The notes under the pieces: model-generated | What the model saw: only the letters and a program-made list of their open reading frames with translations | The model's database searches: none | Told to the model about the DNA's origin: nothing | Made by a program: the position numbers and the translations under genes | NCBI GenBank assembly: GCA_020721865.1 | Contig: DYLW01000005.1 | Coordinates: 23,091-87,090 of the forward strand | Source of the DNA: Leptospira biflexa | GTDB taxonomy: Bacteria; Spirochaetota; Leptospiria; Turneriellales; DYLW01 | Reading direction: 5' to 3' | DNA length: 64,000 bases | Shown here: positions 8,386 to 17,825 of the stretch, in pieces | Layout: every line of letters begins with the position of its first letter | Position numbering within the stretch: position 1 is the stretch's first letter

Positions 8386-9125
8386 TGCGTCTGGACGCCG
8401 CTCTTCTGGAAAGAGAGTATACTTCTGATATACGGGAAGCCCGGGGATGGATACTTTCCGGGAAAGTTCGGGTAAATAATAAATATATAACCAAAGCCGG
8501 ATTCCCCGTCCGGGGGGATGAAATCATTGAATTGAAGGCAAACCGCCCTTATGTCTCCCGGGGTGGAGAGAAACTGGAACCCATCATACACCAATGGGAG
8601 TTTCCGGTGGCGGATAAGGTATTTATGGACATTGGGGCTTCCACCGGAGGGTTCACGGATGTGCTCCTCCAAAAGGGTGCGGCTCATGTGTATGCCCTGG
8701 ATGTGGCCTATGGCATCCTGGATCACAAAATCCGGAGTCATGCGGGAGTGACCGTCATAGAAAAAACCCATATCTGTGATTTTACTGACGCAGACATCAT
8801 CCATCGGCTGGATTATCTGGTATGCGACGCGTCTTTTATTTCCCTGAGGAAAATTCTGGCCTGCCTGAATACGAATTTTAAATCAGAAAAAAGTATCCTG
8901 TGGGAAGGCATATTTCTGTTTAAACCCCAATTTGAGGCTTGCACGGAATTCCTGAACAAGGGAATTTTATCGGAAGAATACCATAGGGATATCCTCCGGG
9001 ATTTTGAACATTTTTTAACGGAGGAGAGGGTGGAGAAGCTGGCTTTGGCTCCTTCCCCCATTCTGGGAAGAAAAGGAAACCGGGAATATTTTTATCACTT
9101 ACGGAAAATCCGCGTTATGGAATAA
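8385..9125 (+). CDS. tlyA: TlyA-family rRNA 2'-O-methyltransferase (hemolysin A-like)
   Basis: 246 aa. S4-like N-terminus, SRGGEKLE, and SAM motif DIGASTGGFTDVLLQKGA. The start overlaps the ispA stop (TAATG). Confidence 0.85.
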   Translation: MRLDAALLEREYTSDIREARGWILSGKVRVNNKYITKAGFPVRGDEIIELKANRPYVSRGGEKLEPIIHQWEFPVADKVFMDIGASTGGFTDVLLQKGAAHVYALDVAYGILDHKIRSHAGVTVIEKTHICDFTDADIIHRLDYLVCDASFISLRKILACLNTNFKSEKSILWEGIFLFKPQFEACTEFLNKGILSEEYHRDILRDFEHFLTEERVEKLALAPSPILGRKGNREYFYHLRKIRVME

Positions 9126-9691
9126 AAATTTTCAATAAATTTTTTGCCCTTTTCTGTGAGTATGGATTCCGGATGGAACTGGAGTCCCCACACCGGAGCG
9201 GATTTAACTTTTATCGCCATAATAATATTGTCTTCCGTCGTGGCCAGAACGCTAATGTCCTCCGGCAGGGTTTGGGGATTGATCACCAGAGAATGGTAGC
9301 GGACGGCGTTAAAACTATCCGGAATTTCCCGGAACAGTAAATCCATTTTGCTTTCCGGATTTTGGGTGCGTAGAATCTTGCTGGATTTTCCGTGTACAAT
9401 CTGTGGAGCATGGATAATTTCTCCGCCCAAAGCCGCACCAATGGACTGGTGTCCCAGACAGACCCCTAGGATGGGGATGTCATTGATCTGGCGGATGATG
9501 TCCATGGAAATCCCCGCATCCTGGGGAGCTTTGGGGCCGGGGGAAATGACAATTCCTTCCGGATTCAGAGCACGGATGCGTTCCACGGTTATGGCGTCAT
9601 TGCGGACAACCCGGATATCATTTTCATACTCCCCAAAATACTGCACCAGATTCCAGGTGAAGGAATCATAATTATCCAGAATAAATATCAT
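9095..9691 (-). CDS. trpG: Anthranilate synthase component II / glutamine amidotransferase (TrpG/PabA type)
   Basis: MIFILDNYDSFTWNLVQYF, catalytic GVCLGHQSI, and FHPES. The start at 9691 overlaps the trpE end by 20 nt; an alternative start exists at 9718. Confidence 0.88.
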   Translation of the reverse strand: MIFILDNYDSFTWNLVQYFGEYENDIRVVRNDAITVERIRALNPEGIVISPGPKAPQDAGISMDIIRQINDIPILGVCLGHQSIGAALGGEIIHAPQIVHGKSSKILRTQNPESKMDLLFREIPDSFNAVRYHSLVINPQTLPEDISVLATTEDNIIMAIKVKSAPVWGLQFHPESILTEKGKKFIENFYSITRIFRK

Positions 9692-11201
9692 ATTTGTCCC
9701 TTTCCAGAAATTTTTCAAATGCGGAAAAAAGTGCCCGTCCTTTTTTTGCTATTTCATCCCTCTCTCCCGATGGGGAGGAATCATAAACCACACCGGCCCC
9801 GGCCTGGATATACAGACGGCGGTCTTTTAAAATCATGGTTCTCAATATAATGGCCGTGTCCATGTCTCCGTTAAAGGAAAAGTATCCCACACCGCCGGAA
9901 TAAATTCCGCGCGGAAAGGGTTCCAGTTCGGAGATAATCTGCATGGCACGGATTTTGGGAGCTCCGCTGACTGTTCCTGCTGGAAACGCCGCCAGAAATG
10001 CATCAAACGCATCCAGGTCTTCCCGCAATTCTCCCGTCACACTGGAGACAATGTGCATGACATGGCTGTATTTTTCTATCCGCATAAAATCCTCCACCCG
10101 GACACTGCCAAATTTTGAAATCCGTCCCACGTCATTGCGTCCCAGATCCACCAGCATGGTATGTTCCGCTCTTTCTTTTTCATCTGCCAGGAGCTTTGCC
10201 GCATACAGTTCATCTTCCGCCTGATTTTGTCCTCTCTGGATGGTTCCCGCTATGGGCCGCAGAGTGACTTTGCGGTTCTGGACTTTCACCAGAATTTCCG
10301 GAGAACTGCCAATGACCACATTCTCGCCGTAATTCAGAAAATACATATACGGGCTGGGATTGGTGGACCGCAGAAAACGGTACAGATAAAACGGGTCATG
10401 CAGGAATTCTGTGGAAAAACGGCGGGAAAGAACCACTTGGAAAATATCTCCGTCCGTAATATATTGCCTGGATTTATCCACCCAGGAAAAAAATTCTTCA
10501 TCGGAAACGGGACTTTCCCACTCCGGCTTCCGGCTTTCTGAGGGATGCCGTTTATTCTCGGATTCAAATTCCTGAATCCCCGCATCGGAACGCAGGGAGG
10601 AAAGAATGGCATTGATTTTTTCTCCCGCCATCCGGTAGAGATTCAAAGCAGACCCCTTGTCCCGGATGTATACATTTTCAATAATTTTTATTTCTCCCAA
10701 TACATGGTCAAAAAGGATCACTTCAGAAGGAATCACAAAGCCCAGATCATCCGCCCCCAGAGGATCCTCTTTTTTCATCCCCTGAATTTTCTCATAATAA
10801 TGGATAATATCATAGGCAAAAAACCCCACCGACCCGGAATAAAAACCGGAAAGTCTCTCTTCCGGATAATGCACAAACCCCTGCATGGATTCTTTCACCG
10901 CCTCCACCGGCAGTTGGGATGAGAGCACCTTACTTTCTCCGCCATTCATCGTCCGGGTATAGCGACCGTTTTTCCCGCTCACCACACAGTGAAAATCCAG
11001 ACCCAGGATACTGTAGCGTGCCCGGTTTTCTCCCCCTGCTACGGATTCCAAAAGAAAAGAGTACGGACGCTTATTTGCCCGAGTTTTTAAAAATACGCTT
11101 ACCGGGGTATCCAAATCCGGCAGAGAAGTCCCATAAACCGGAATCATATTATATTTTTCTGATAAAGAGATAAAAGTCGCTTCGTCCATGGAGAGTTGCA
11201 T
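9672..11201 (-). CDS. trpE: Anthranilate synthase component I
   Basis: Contains SFLLESVAGGENRARYS (the LLES feedback motif) and GTVSGAPKIRAMQII. The probable start is MQLSMDEATF at 11201. The track's 11306 start would overlap the divergent neighbour. Confidence 0.85.
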   Translation of the reverse strand: MQLSMDEATFISLSEKYNMIPVYGTSLPDLDTPVSVFLKTRANKRPYSFLLESVAGGENRARYSILGLDFHCVVSGKNGRYTRTMNGGESKVLSSQLPVEAVKESMQGFVHYPEERLSGFYSGSVGFFAYDIIHYYEKIQGMKKEDPLGADDLGFVIPSEVILFDHVLGEIKIIENVYIRDKGSALNLYRMAGEKINAILSSLRSDAGIQEFESENKRHPSESRKPEWESPVSDEEFFSWVDKSRQYITDGDIFQVVLSRRFSTEFLHDPFYLYRFLRSTNPSPYMYFLNYGENVVIGSSPEILVKVQNRKVTLRPIAGTIQRGQNQAEDELYAAKLLADEKERAEHTMLVDLGRNDVGRISKFGSVRVEDFMRIEKYSHVMHIVSSVTGELREDLDAFDAFLAAFPAGTVSGAPKIRAMQIISELEPFPRGIYSGGVGYFSFNGDMDTAIILRTMILKDRRLYIQAGAGVVYDSSPSGERDEIAKKGRALFSAFEKFLERDKYDIYSG

Positions 11202-11276
11202 TGTTTGCACTGGAATCCGGATATTTGGGGTAAAGATATTTTCGTGTTCCGGATAAAAAAGTTTACCCGTTGACCG

Positions 11277-11840
11277 ATGTTTTACTTCTACCGTATGCAA
11301 TTTCATCGGAGATCATTTCCATGGCTTGTTTTTTCATTCCTCATTGTCACCGTTCGGATTCATCCCTGTGATTTTTCTGAGGTTAAAATAAACTCCCGGA
11401 AAATACATTCGGAATCCGTTGTGGATGCTTATATCTGCATTGCCGCTTCTCCCCAGGTGGTCTATTCTGTTCTGGCCGATTACGATAACCATGAAAAATT
11501 TTTACCAAATACCAAAGAATCGCAGATTTTGAAGCGTACCGGGAATGCCCTCTATGTCCGGAAGAAGCTGGATTTTTCTGTGAAAACAATAGAAATCTAT
11601 ATGAATATATCGCTGGGGAACGGAAAAATATCCTGGGTTACCGTTCCTGGATTTTTTAAAAAGAATTCTGGTTTTTGGGAATTAAAACAATCCGGGGCGA
11701 AAACGTTGCTGCATTATCAAATACGGACCATCCCCAAATATTCTATCCCGGAGTATTTTGAAAAAAAAGTATCCAGTAATAACGTGGAAGGACTTCTCCG
11801 GGGAGTGGAAAAACGCTCCCGGCAGGTAAAAACAAAATGA
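11277..11840 (+). CDS. SRPBCC (START/polyketide cyclase-like) family protein with hydrophobic N-terminus
   Basis: 187 aa. The length and pattern (ASPQVVYSVLADYDNHEKFLPN...) are typical of SRPBCC ligand-binding proteins. The start may be the ATG at 11295. Confidence 0.55.
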   Translation: MFYFYRMQFHRRSFPWLVFSFLIVTVRIHPCDFSEVKINSRKIHSESVVDAYICIAASPQVVYSVLADYDNHEKFLPNTKESQILKRTGNALYVRKKLDFSVKTIEIYMNISLGNGKISWVTVPGFFKKNSGFWELKQSGAKTLLHYQIRTIPKYSIPEYFEKKVSSNNVEGLLRGVEKRSRQVKTK

Positions 11841-11882
11841 TTTGCAGTTGACGGCATGTCTGTGATCCCATAATTGATGCAA

Positions 11883-11956
11883 GGGCCTATAGCTCAGTTG
11901 GTTAGAGCAACGGACTCATAATCCGTGGGTCCCAGGTTCAAGTCCTGGTGGGCCCA
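11883..11956 (+). tRNA. tRNA with anticodon CAT; elongator type, either Met or lysidine-modified Ile2
   Basis: A cloverleaf was folded by hand. The acceptor is GGGCCTA/TGGGCCC with discriminator A. The D arm is GCTC..GAGC. The anticodon stem is ACGGA/TCCGT with loop CTCATAA. The T arm is CCAGG-TTCAAGT-CCTGG. It is not an initiator (1:72 is paired). The C4:G69 and C5:G68 pairs resemble the E. coli tRNA-Ile2 TilS determinants. CCA is not encoded. Confidence 0.9.
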
Positions 11957-11964
11957 TATTTGTC

Positions 11965-12939
11965 ATGAAATATCTCCTGGAAAAATCCCAAGCCGTACGC
12001 GGGATTTATCATTTTTTTGAATCCCATGGATTTTTATATCTGCAGAATGAAATCATCCAATACGCCGGGGCCATGGAGCCTTATCTGGATGCCTTTTCCA
12101 TTGGGGATGGTTATCTTTCCACTTCCCCGGAATTTTTCCTGAAAAAAGGCTGGGGACATCTGGTGGAAAACGGGTTGGATTCCGGGATGCACGGGGTGTT
12201 CACCATCACATCTTCATTCCGGGACGAAGAAATTTCCGCAGACCACCGGAAGGAATTTACCATGGTGGAATGGTATCGTCGCACCCATTCATATCTGGAT
12301 TTGGCGGAAGATATCCGTGGTCTTCTGGAAGTATGCGGATATCCGGTTATCCAGTTGCCGGTTTTGTCCTTTCCGGAAGAGGTGGAAAAAATTTCCGGAG
12401 TATTCCTTCCCCCGGAGCATGGGGCGGGGGATCTTCTGGAAATTTTGAATACCCTGAATCAGAAATACGGGGAAAAGGTGTTTTTTCCGGATCCCTTCCG
12501 GGAGGAAATCCGCCTGGTCGGGGGTGGAGAAAAGGAGATGGCTCTGAAAGTCCAGTTGTTTTCACTCCTGATGGACGCTTTTCTTTTACCCATGCTGGCC
12601 CAGGAGAATCCCCTGTTCTGTATCAACTCCTTTCCGTCCTATACTGCGGGTATGGCCAAAATCGGCGGGGAAGGATGGGCGAACCGGCTGGAGGTGTTTC
12701 TGAATGGGCTGGAAATTGCCAATGGCTATGATGAGCTGGACAAACCGGAGGAAATCCTGAATCGATGGGCAATGAATAACAAAGTGCGTATTTTAAACGG
12801 TAAAGTACCGCATCCCGTGGATACAAAAGTGACCGATTATTCCGCTCACTTGAGCGGGGTATCCGGAATGGCCGCTGGCCTGGAGAGAATTCTCATGGCC
12901 ATACACGGGGAAATAATAGGCAGCTATTTTCTGGATTAG
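11965..12939 (+). CDS. epmA: Class II aminoacyl-tRNA-synthetase-like protein, EF-P lysine ligase EpmA (GenX/PoxA)-like
   Basis: 324 aa comprising only a catalytic core. Contains STSPEFFLKK, SSFRDEE, EFTMVEWY and LEIANGYDEL, and ends in GMAAGLERILMA. Confidence 0.65.
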   Translation: MKYLLEKSQAVRGIYHFFESHGFLYLQNEIIQYAGAMEPYLDAFSIGDGYLSTSPEFFLKKGWGHLVENGLDSGMHGVFTITSSFRDEEISADHRKEFTMVEWYRRTHSYLDLAEDIRGLLEVCGYPVIQLPVLSFPEEVEKISGVFLPPEHGAGDLLEILNTLNQKYGEKVFFPDPFREEIRLVGGGEKEMALKVQLFSLLMDAFLLPMLAQENPLFCINSFPSYTAGMAKIGGEGWANRLEVFLNGLEIANGYDELDKPEEILNRWAMNNKVRILNGKVPHPVDTKVTDYSAHLSGVSGMAAGLERILMAIHGEIIGSYFLD

Positions 12940-12940
12940 A

Positions 12941-13441
12941 CTATTTTTCTTTTCTTTTTTCCTTTAAGTTGGGAATTTTATCTTCCATGGTCAAGAGTGC
13001 TGCGTTCCATCGTTCCCTTAGCTGGGGATCGGATTTTTGGATAAAAATGGTGAGTTTTCCCTGCTGGGATTTATGCAGTATATGCTCCTCTCCCAAATCT
13101 CCAAAAAGGCGGGCGGAGGCAAGTCGCTCTGCGATTTCCATATCGTCCCTGTTGAGGGAGTAGGAATCCAGCAACATCAGCCAGGCCAAGCGGATACGGG
13201 CATTTTGTTTTTCTGAATCTGAATATGAGGAAGCGGACGATGTGTAAAACGCCCGCACGGAAGTATCCCCCATCCATCCTTCATAGTAATTATCCGGCCA
13301 TTGGGATTTGCTGGTATCCTGCGTATTTTTGTTTTCCGTAATCCCATGATCAGGGTTGATCACATCTACGGGTTTTTTGTCCGGGGACTTACAGGAAAGG
13401 AAAAAGAGGACAATGATAACGGCGGTATATATACGTTTCAT
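12941..13441 (-). CDS. Hypothetical lipoprotein
   Basis: 166 aa. The signal peptide ends in a lipobox (MKRIYTAVIIVLFFLSC). Confidence 0.6.
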   Translation of the reverse strand: MKRIYTAVIIVLFFLSCKSPDKKPVDVINPDHGITENKNTQDTSKSQWPDNYYEGWMGDTSVRAFYTSSASSYSDSEKQNARIRLAWLMLLDSYSLNRDDMEIAERLASARLFGDLGEEHILHKSQQGKLTIFIQKSDPQLRERWNAALLTMEDKIPNLKEKRKEK

Positions 13442-13465
13442 TGCCTATATTCCATAATCATTCGT

Positions 13466-15703
13466 CTATTGCAAGATATTTTTGGTATCCGTTTCTCTGT
13501 TCGCCAGTTTTCCGGAAAAATTCCAATATGGTTTTAAAAGGGGTTTTCCCATTTTTCTGTCTGTAAAATCAGCTTCTCCTGACCATACAACCGATGGGTT
13601 TTCCAGAGAGATATTGGAAATTCTGCTTTGGCTTGCCATAAAATAAAAATATGCTTCCATTTTGTCCCATTTTTTTTGTATGGAATCTGGTGCCTGGGTT
13701 CCCGGAATGAAACCGGATGCATGGATATTTCCGCGTATACTATGAGATGCATAGATATCGTTTGCCCGGACGCCACAGGCGTTCAGGTGGAAATCCAGCT
13801 TCAGACGGTGATAATCTTCCACGAGTCGTGGATCCATCCAAACCCCCAGAATATGCTTTCCGTCCAGCGTGTTAAGATTCAAATCCACTTCCAGATTTGG
13901 ATTGGTAGAACCCAGGTTATACGATGCATCCAGAAAATTTCCTTTGTCATCTTTAAGTGTCAGATATAGATATTTGTTTTTATTTTTTATTTCTCCGGTA
14001 ATATTTCTAAAAATATCTTTTCCTGTTTTCCATTGCCGAATGTGAATGGGAATATCCGCACTGAAAATCTGAAAAAACTGATAATACCATTCGGTATATA
14101 TGAGGCTACCTGCTAAATCCCTGTCATTCATGGTTTCCATCAATTTTCTTTTCCATATTTGGCGGAGATAATTTGTCCACACCGTGATATCGGAATGGTT
14201 CAGGTTTTTTGATGAAATAAATCCTCTATTGTTATTTTTCCAACTGATGATAAAACCATGGCTTTCCGCGACAGTCCGGTATCCTTCACTTCTCTTCCGG
14301 TAGACATACATGGAATGGGATGGAATAAAAAATCCTTCCATTTGGAAGGATAAATCGGATGGATTTTCCTGCTTGGTCTGTATGGATCCGGAAAGTTTAT
14401 AATTATTTTTTGTCACATCCAGATTGAATGATGGAATTAAGTATTCAATATCCGTTGTTTTATCTTTTTCTGTTGTCAGGGGAAATTTTATTTCTCCGTT
14501 GGTTATCCGGAGTGAAGCATCCCAGTTTCTGTAGGGTGAATACTGCTGGTTTTTTTCTGCCGCATATATTTTCAAAGAAAAATGATCCATCCCCTGAAGG
14601 ATGATATTATCCGGAAGTATCAGTATCCTGTCATCTTCGTCCATTGCTTTTAAATCCAGATCAATGATATCTGGCATCAATCGGTCGTCATAAATGAGGG
14701 TTTTCAAGTGATAACGGTAACGACCAAAAACCCCGGAGCCATCGCTGGAGAAAATTTCCGTATTCTCACTCTGGATGAGCTGGATTTTTTCCTTCCCGGA
14801 AGCTGTATGCACAGGAAGATATCCCCAGATGCTGGAATTCACTTGGAAATTTTTCAGGGAATAATCCAGAGAGATATCAAAGATTTTCTTTCCCGGGGTT
14901 TTAGTTTTTTTAGGGGAATCCAGGCTGTAGTTTATTGTCCATTCGCCGGAATACGTCCCGTTCATTTTGTATTTCAACAAAAAAGGATTCAGTAAATGAA
15001 GGGGAAGATCATTCCCTTTCCAGCGATAGATACCAGTGAAAGGATATCGCGAATTTTTTAAATCCGGCTGAATTTCTATTTCCCCATCACCGAACTCTGT
15101 ATCATCGTATTTACCAGAAATCTGAGTACGGCTGCCGGATTTAAGTATGATTTCCTTGAAATGAAACTCATGAATGGACTTTTCTCCACGCTGGCCTTTG
15201 ATATTGAATACCACAGAGGCATCTTCCATCACCATATCCAAACCGGGATTTTTTTTCCAGTCAAAGAGCTGGTCCATGAATCCGCCACTCAATGCATCAT
15301 TCCGGATCCAGAGAGATATTTTGGGTTTTCTGGTGGATAACCGGAAAACCGGGGTCTCATTCTGGTGAAAAAAATAATCCAGCGGAACATTCCAGTGTAC
15401 TTCATCTGCCCGGAAGAGAGTATTGCCCATGGAAAAATCCTTATCATTGGATATGCGCAGATTATGGATGGTCACTCCCCGGTAAAAACTGGTGGATATC
15501 CCGGTATAAGCAATGGCAAGATTGGATGCCTTTAGTTTACCGGAAATTAATTTTTCAATCTTGGATTGGTCCAGCGTGATGGCGATATATATTTCCGGCA
15601 GAATTCCAATTGCTCCCAGAATGACAGCAATAGTAAGGAAAATTTTCAATCGGGTTAGAAATCCCCGGATTTTGGTTTTCCAATCTGCCGGAAGATATCG
15701 CAT
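13466..15703 (-). CDS. Large membrane-anchored hypothetical protein (AsmA/TamB-like organisation, uncertain)
   Basis: 745 aa with a single N-terminal TM helix followed by a long beta-rich sequence. It is directly abutted (0-nt gap) to the upstream transketolase-subunit gene. Confidence 0.6.
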   Translation of the reverse strand: MRYLPADWKTKIRGFLTRLKIFLTIAVILGAIGILPEIYIAITLDQSKIEKLISGKLKASNLAIAYTGISTSFYRGVTIHNLRISNDKDFSMGNTLFRADEVHWNVPLDYFFHQNETPVFRLSTRKPKISLWIRNDALSGGFMDQLFDWKKNPGLDMVMEDASVVFNIKGQRGEKSIHEFHFKEIILKSGSRTQISGKYDDTEFGDGEIEIQPDLKNSRYPFTGIYRWKGNDLPLHLLNPFLLKYKMNGTYSGEWTINYSLDSPKKTKTPGKKIFDISLDYSLKNFQVNSSIWGYLPVHTASGKEKIQLIQSENTEIFSSDGSGVFGRYRYHLKTLIYDDRLMPDIIDLDLKAMDEDDRILILPDNIILQGMDHFSLKIYAAEKNQQYSPYRNWDASLRITNGEIKFPLTTEKDKTTDIEYLIPSFNLDVTKNNYKLSGSIQTKQENPSDLSFQMEGFFIPSHSMYVYRKRSEGYRTVAESHGFIISWKNNNRGFISSKNLNHSDITVWTNYLRQIWKRKLMETMNDRDLAGSLIYTEWYYQFFQIFSADIPIHIRQWKTGKDIFRNITGEIKNKNKYLYLTLKDDKGNFLDASYNLGSTNPNLEVDLNLNTLDGKHILGVWMDPRLVEDYHRLKLDFHLNACGVRANDIYASHSIRGNIHASGFIPGTQAPDSIQKKWDKMEAYFYFMASQSRISNISLENPSVVWSGEADFTDRKMGKPLLKPYWNFSGKLANRETDTKNILQ

Positions 15704-16666
15704 TTATCCCATTTCCGCCAGCACGGACGGGGTCAGCTTTTCCTGTGTCAGGCTGTAGTAATCCATCAGATCTTCCACGCTTCCGGATTGGCCAAAGACA
15801 TCGTGTATGCCATGGCGGATCACTCGGACAGGTTTTTGCAGGGAGGAAATATATTCCGCCACCGCAGATCCAAAACCACCCAGAATATTATGCTCTTCGA
15901 ATGTGAAAATCAATCGGGATTTGGATGCCACCATATCCAAGGCAGCATGATCCAGAGGTTTTACGGTGGAAAAATTCATAACAAGGGGGCGGATTCCTTT
16001 TTCTTTTTCGATAATCGTAGCCATTTTCCAGATTTCATAAACAGTGTGGCCGGTTCCCAAAAGAGCAATTTCCTCACCCTCCTGTACTGTGTATGCTTTC
16101 CCAATCTGGAATGGTTCATTTTTATCATAAAGAACCGGCATATTGGGACGCCCCAGCCGCAGATATGCGGGACCTTTGGTTTCCGCCAAGGCCAGCACCG
16201 CAGCATAAGCCTGGCCATAGTCTGCGGGGACAATTACTTTCATTTTGGGAATGGCTCGCATTATGGCAATGTCTTCAATAATCTGGTGGGATGCCCCGTC
16301 CTCGCCCAGCGTGACTCCGGCGTGGGAACCGGCCAGAATCACATGCTGTCCGGGATAGGCAATGGAATTGCGGACAATCTCCCATGCCCGTCCGCTAATA
16401 AACATGGCAAAACTTGCGGCATAGGGGATCATTCCGCCCATGGCCAGTCCGGCGGCAAAACCGGCCATATTCTGTTCGGCCACACCAAAATTGAAAAAAC
16501 GTTCCGGGTATTTTTTGGCAAACTGGTTGGAACGGGTGGAGCCGGAAAGATCCGCATCCAGGGCGACAACTTTTTCATTGATGGAGCCGGCATATTCCAG
16601 ACCATCCCCGTAACCGTCTCGGGTGGCTTTTTTTTCTGTTACATTCATCGGATTTGAGATAATCAT
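15704..16666 (-). CDS. Transketolase, C-terminal (pyrimidine-binding plus C-terminal domain) subunit
   Basis: 320 aa. Contains ATRDGYGDGL, VALDADLSGST and FFNFGVAEQNMAGFAAGLAMGG. The start is 16666 or 16648. No N-terminal-subunit gene lies next to it. Confidence 0.85.
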   Translation of the reverse strand: MIISNPMNVTEKKATRDGYGDGLEYAGSINEKVVALDADLSGSTRSNQFAKKYPERFFNFGVAEQNMAGFAAGLAMGGMIPYAASFAMFISGRAWEIVRNSIAYPGQHVILAGSHAGVTLGEDGASHQIIEDIAIMRAIPKMKVIVPADYGQAYAAVLALAETKGPAYLRLGRPNMPVLYDKNEPFQIGKAYTVQEGEEIALLGTGHTVYEIWKMATIIEKEKGIRPLVMNFSTVKPLDHAALDMVASKSRLIFTFEEHNILGGFGSAVAEYISSLQKPVRVIRHGIHDVFGQSGSVEDLMDYYSLTQEKLTPSVLAEMG

Positions 16667-16739
16667 GTTTCAACTTTTCACGCGGTTACATGGCGTCATT
16701 TTCTTTTTGACTGTCTGTGGACAATTCAAAAGAAAACCC

Positions 16740-17825
16740 ATGGGTATCCTGGACCGCTATTTTTTCTCCTTCTTTGTGAAAAGTTATGCGGGGGCACTGC
16801 TTCTTCTGAGCGGGGTTGCCTTTATCTCCAAAATTATGGAATACATGCCCATCATAGCAAAATACGAAGGTCCCAAGGATATGGTATACTGGTTTTATCT
16901 GGCCAATTACCCCTTTTTTCTCACCATTGTCAATGCTCCGGCCATGGTATTTGCCGTTTCTTTTACCATCGCTTTTTTTTCCCGTAGCAAGGAATTGATT
17001 GTGATCATGACTTCCGGAAGGTCCTTTCTGCGGATTCTGACTCCCGTGGTACTTTTTTCTGTGTTCAATGCGTTTTTTTTCTTTTGGTTTAACGAATACG
17101 TGGCGTATCCCCAGTTAAAAGAGAGCTTTACTTTGGGGGAAATTCTCAAAGGAAATGCCGATGGCAACCGTCTCCGGGGCTTGCAGGAAATCCAGTTCCG
17201 GGCTCACAACCGGTTTTATTACATGGCCAGCTATGACCAGAAAGCAAAGACATTCCGCCATTTTCACCTTACAGAATTCAATCCCGATGGGAGCATACGC
17301 CGGATCATGGAGGCCCCTTCCGGCAGTCTCAAAGGGAAAGAGTGGACGCTTAAGTCCGGCAGAATCCAGTATTTCAGTGATGCAGGAGAATATCAGGAAT
17401 CCCGATTTTTTTCCACGGAAACGGTGACCCTTCCGGAAGATGAAACCTGGTTTGGGGGGAATGAGGAATACCTGCGGTTTGAGGAAATGAATATCCATCA
17501 GGTGCAGGAAAAAATTGATTTTATGAAGCGAAGTGGTATTCCGTACATTAAATATGAAGTGGAATATTTTTGGCACTGGGGTTTTCCCGCCATTTCTGTA
17601 ATTGTCACCTTGCTGGGGGGCATTATCGGCAGTCGGATGCGGAATGCCCAGATTGCTAGCAGCATTGGGCTTTCCATTACGCTCACGGTAATCTATTTCT
17701 TTGTGATGTTTATCGGAAAAAGCTTTGGGAATTCCGGTCTGGTACATCCCGCCATCGCCGGAAACATTGCCAATATTATCTTTGCCTTTGTCATTGTTTA
17801 TATGATGGTGAAATACCACCAGTAG
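16740..17825 (+). CDS. LptF/LptG-family LPS export permease (YjgP/YjgQ)
   Basis: Begins MGILDRYFFSFFVKSYAG, which is typical for the family, and has six predicted TM segments. The track's 16623 start is an extension that overlaps the divergent gene. Confidence 0.8.
   Translation: MGILDRYFFSFFVKSYAGALLLLSGVAFISKIMEYMPIIAKYEGPKDMVYWFYLANYPFFLTIVNAPAMVFAVSFTIAFFSRSKELIVIMTSGRSFLRILTPVVLFSVFNAFFFFWFNEYVAYPQLKESFTLGEILKGNADGNRLRGLQEIQFRAHNRFYYMASYDQKAKTFRHFHLTEFNPDGSIRRIMEAPSGSLKGKEWTLKSGRIQYFSDAGEYQESRFFSTETVTLPEDETWFGGNEEYLRFEEMNIHQVQEKIDFMKRSGIPYIKYEVEYFWHWGFPAISVIVTLLGGIIGSRMRNAQIASSIGLSITLTVIYFFVMFIGKSFGNSGLVHPAIAGNIANIIFAFVIVYMMVKYHQ

Noticed and set aside
11202-11306. 5' extension of trpE (the track's start at 11306)
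   Set aside because: It would overlap the divergent SRPBCC gene. TrpE homology begins around MQLSMDEATF...IPVY, so the ATG at 11201 is preferred.
11883-11956. tRNA gene as an integration site for a genomic island
   Set aside because: No integrase, no direct repeat of the tRNA 3' end and no accessory genes lie nearby. The flanking genes (SRPBCC, epmA-like) look native.
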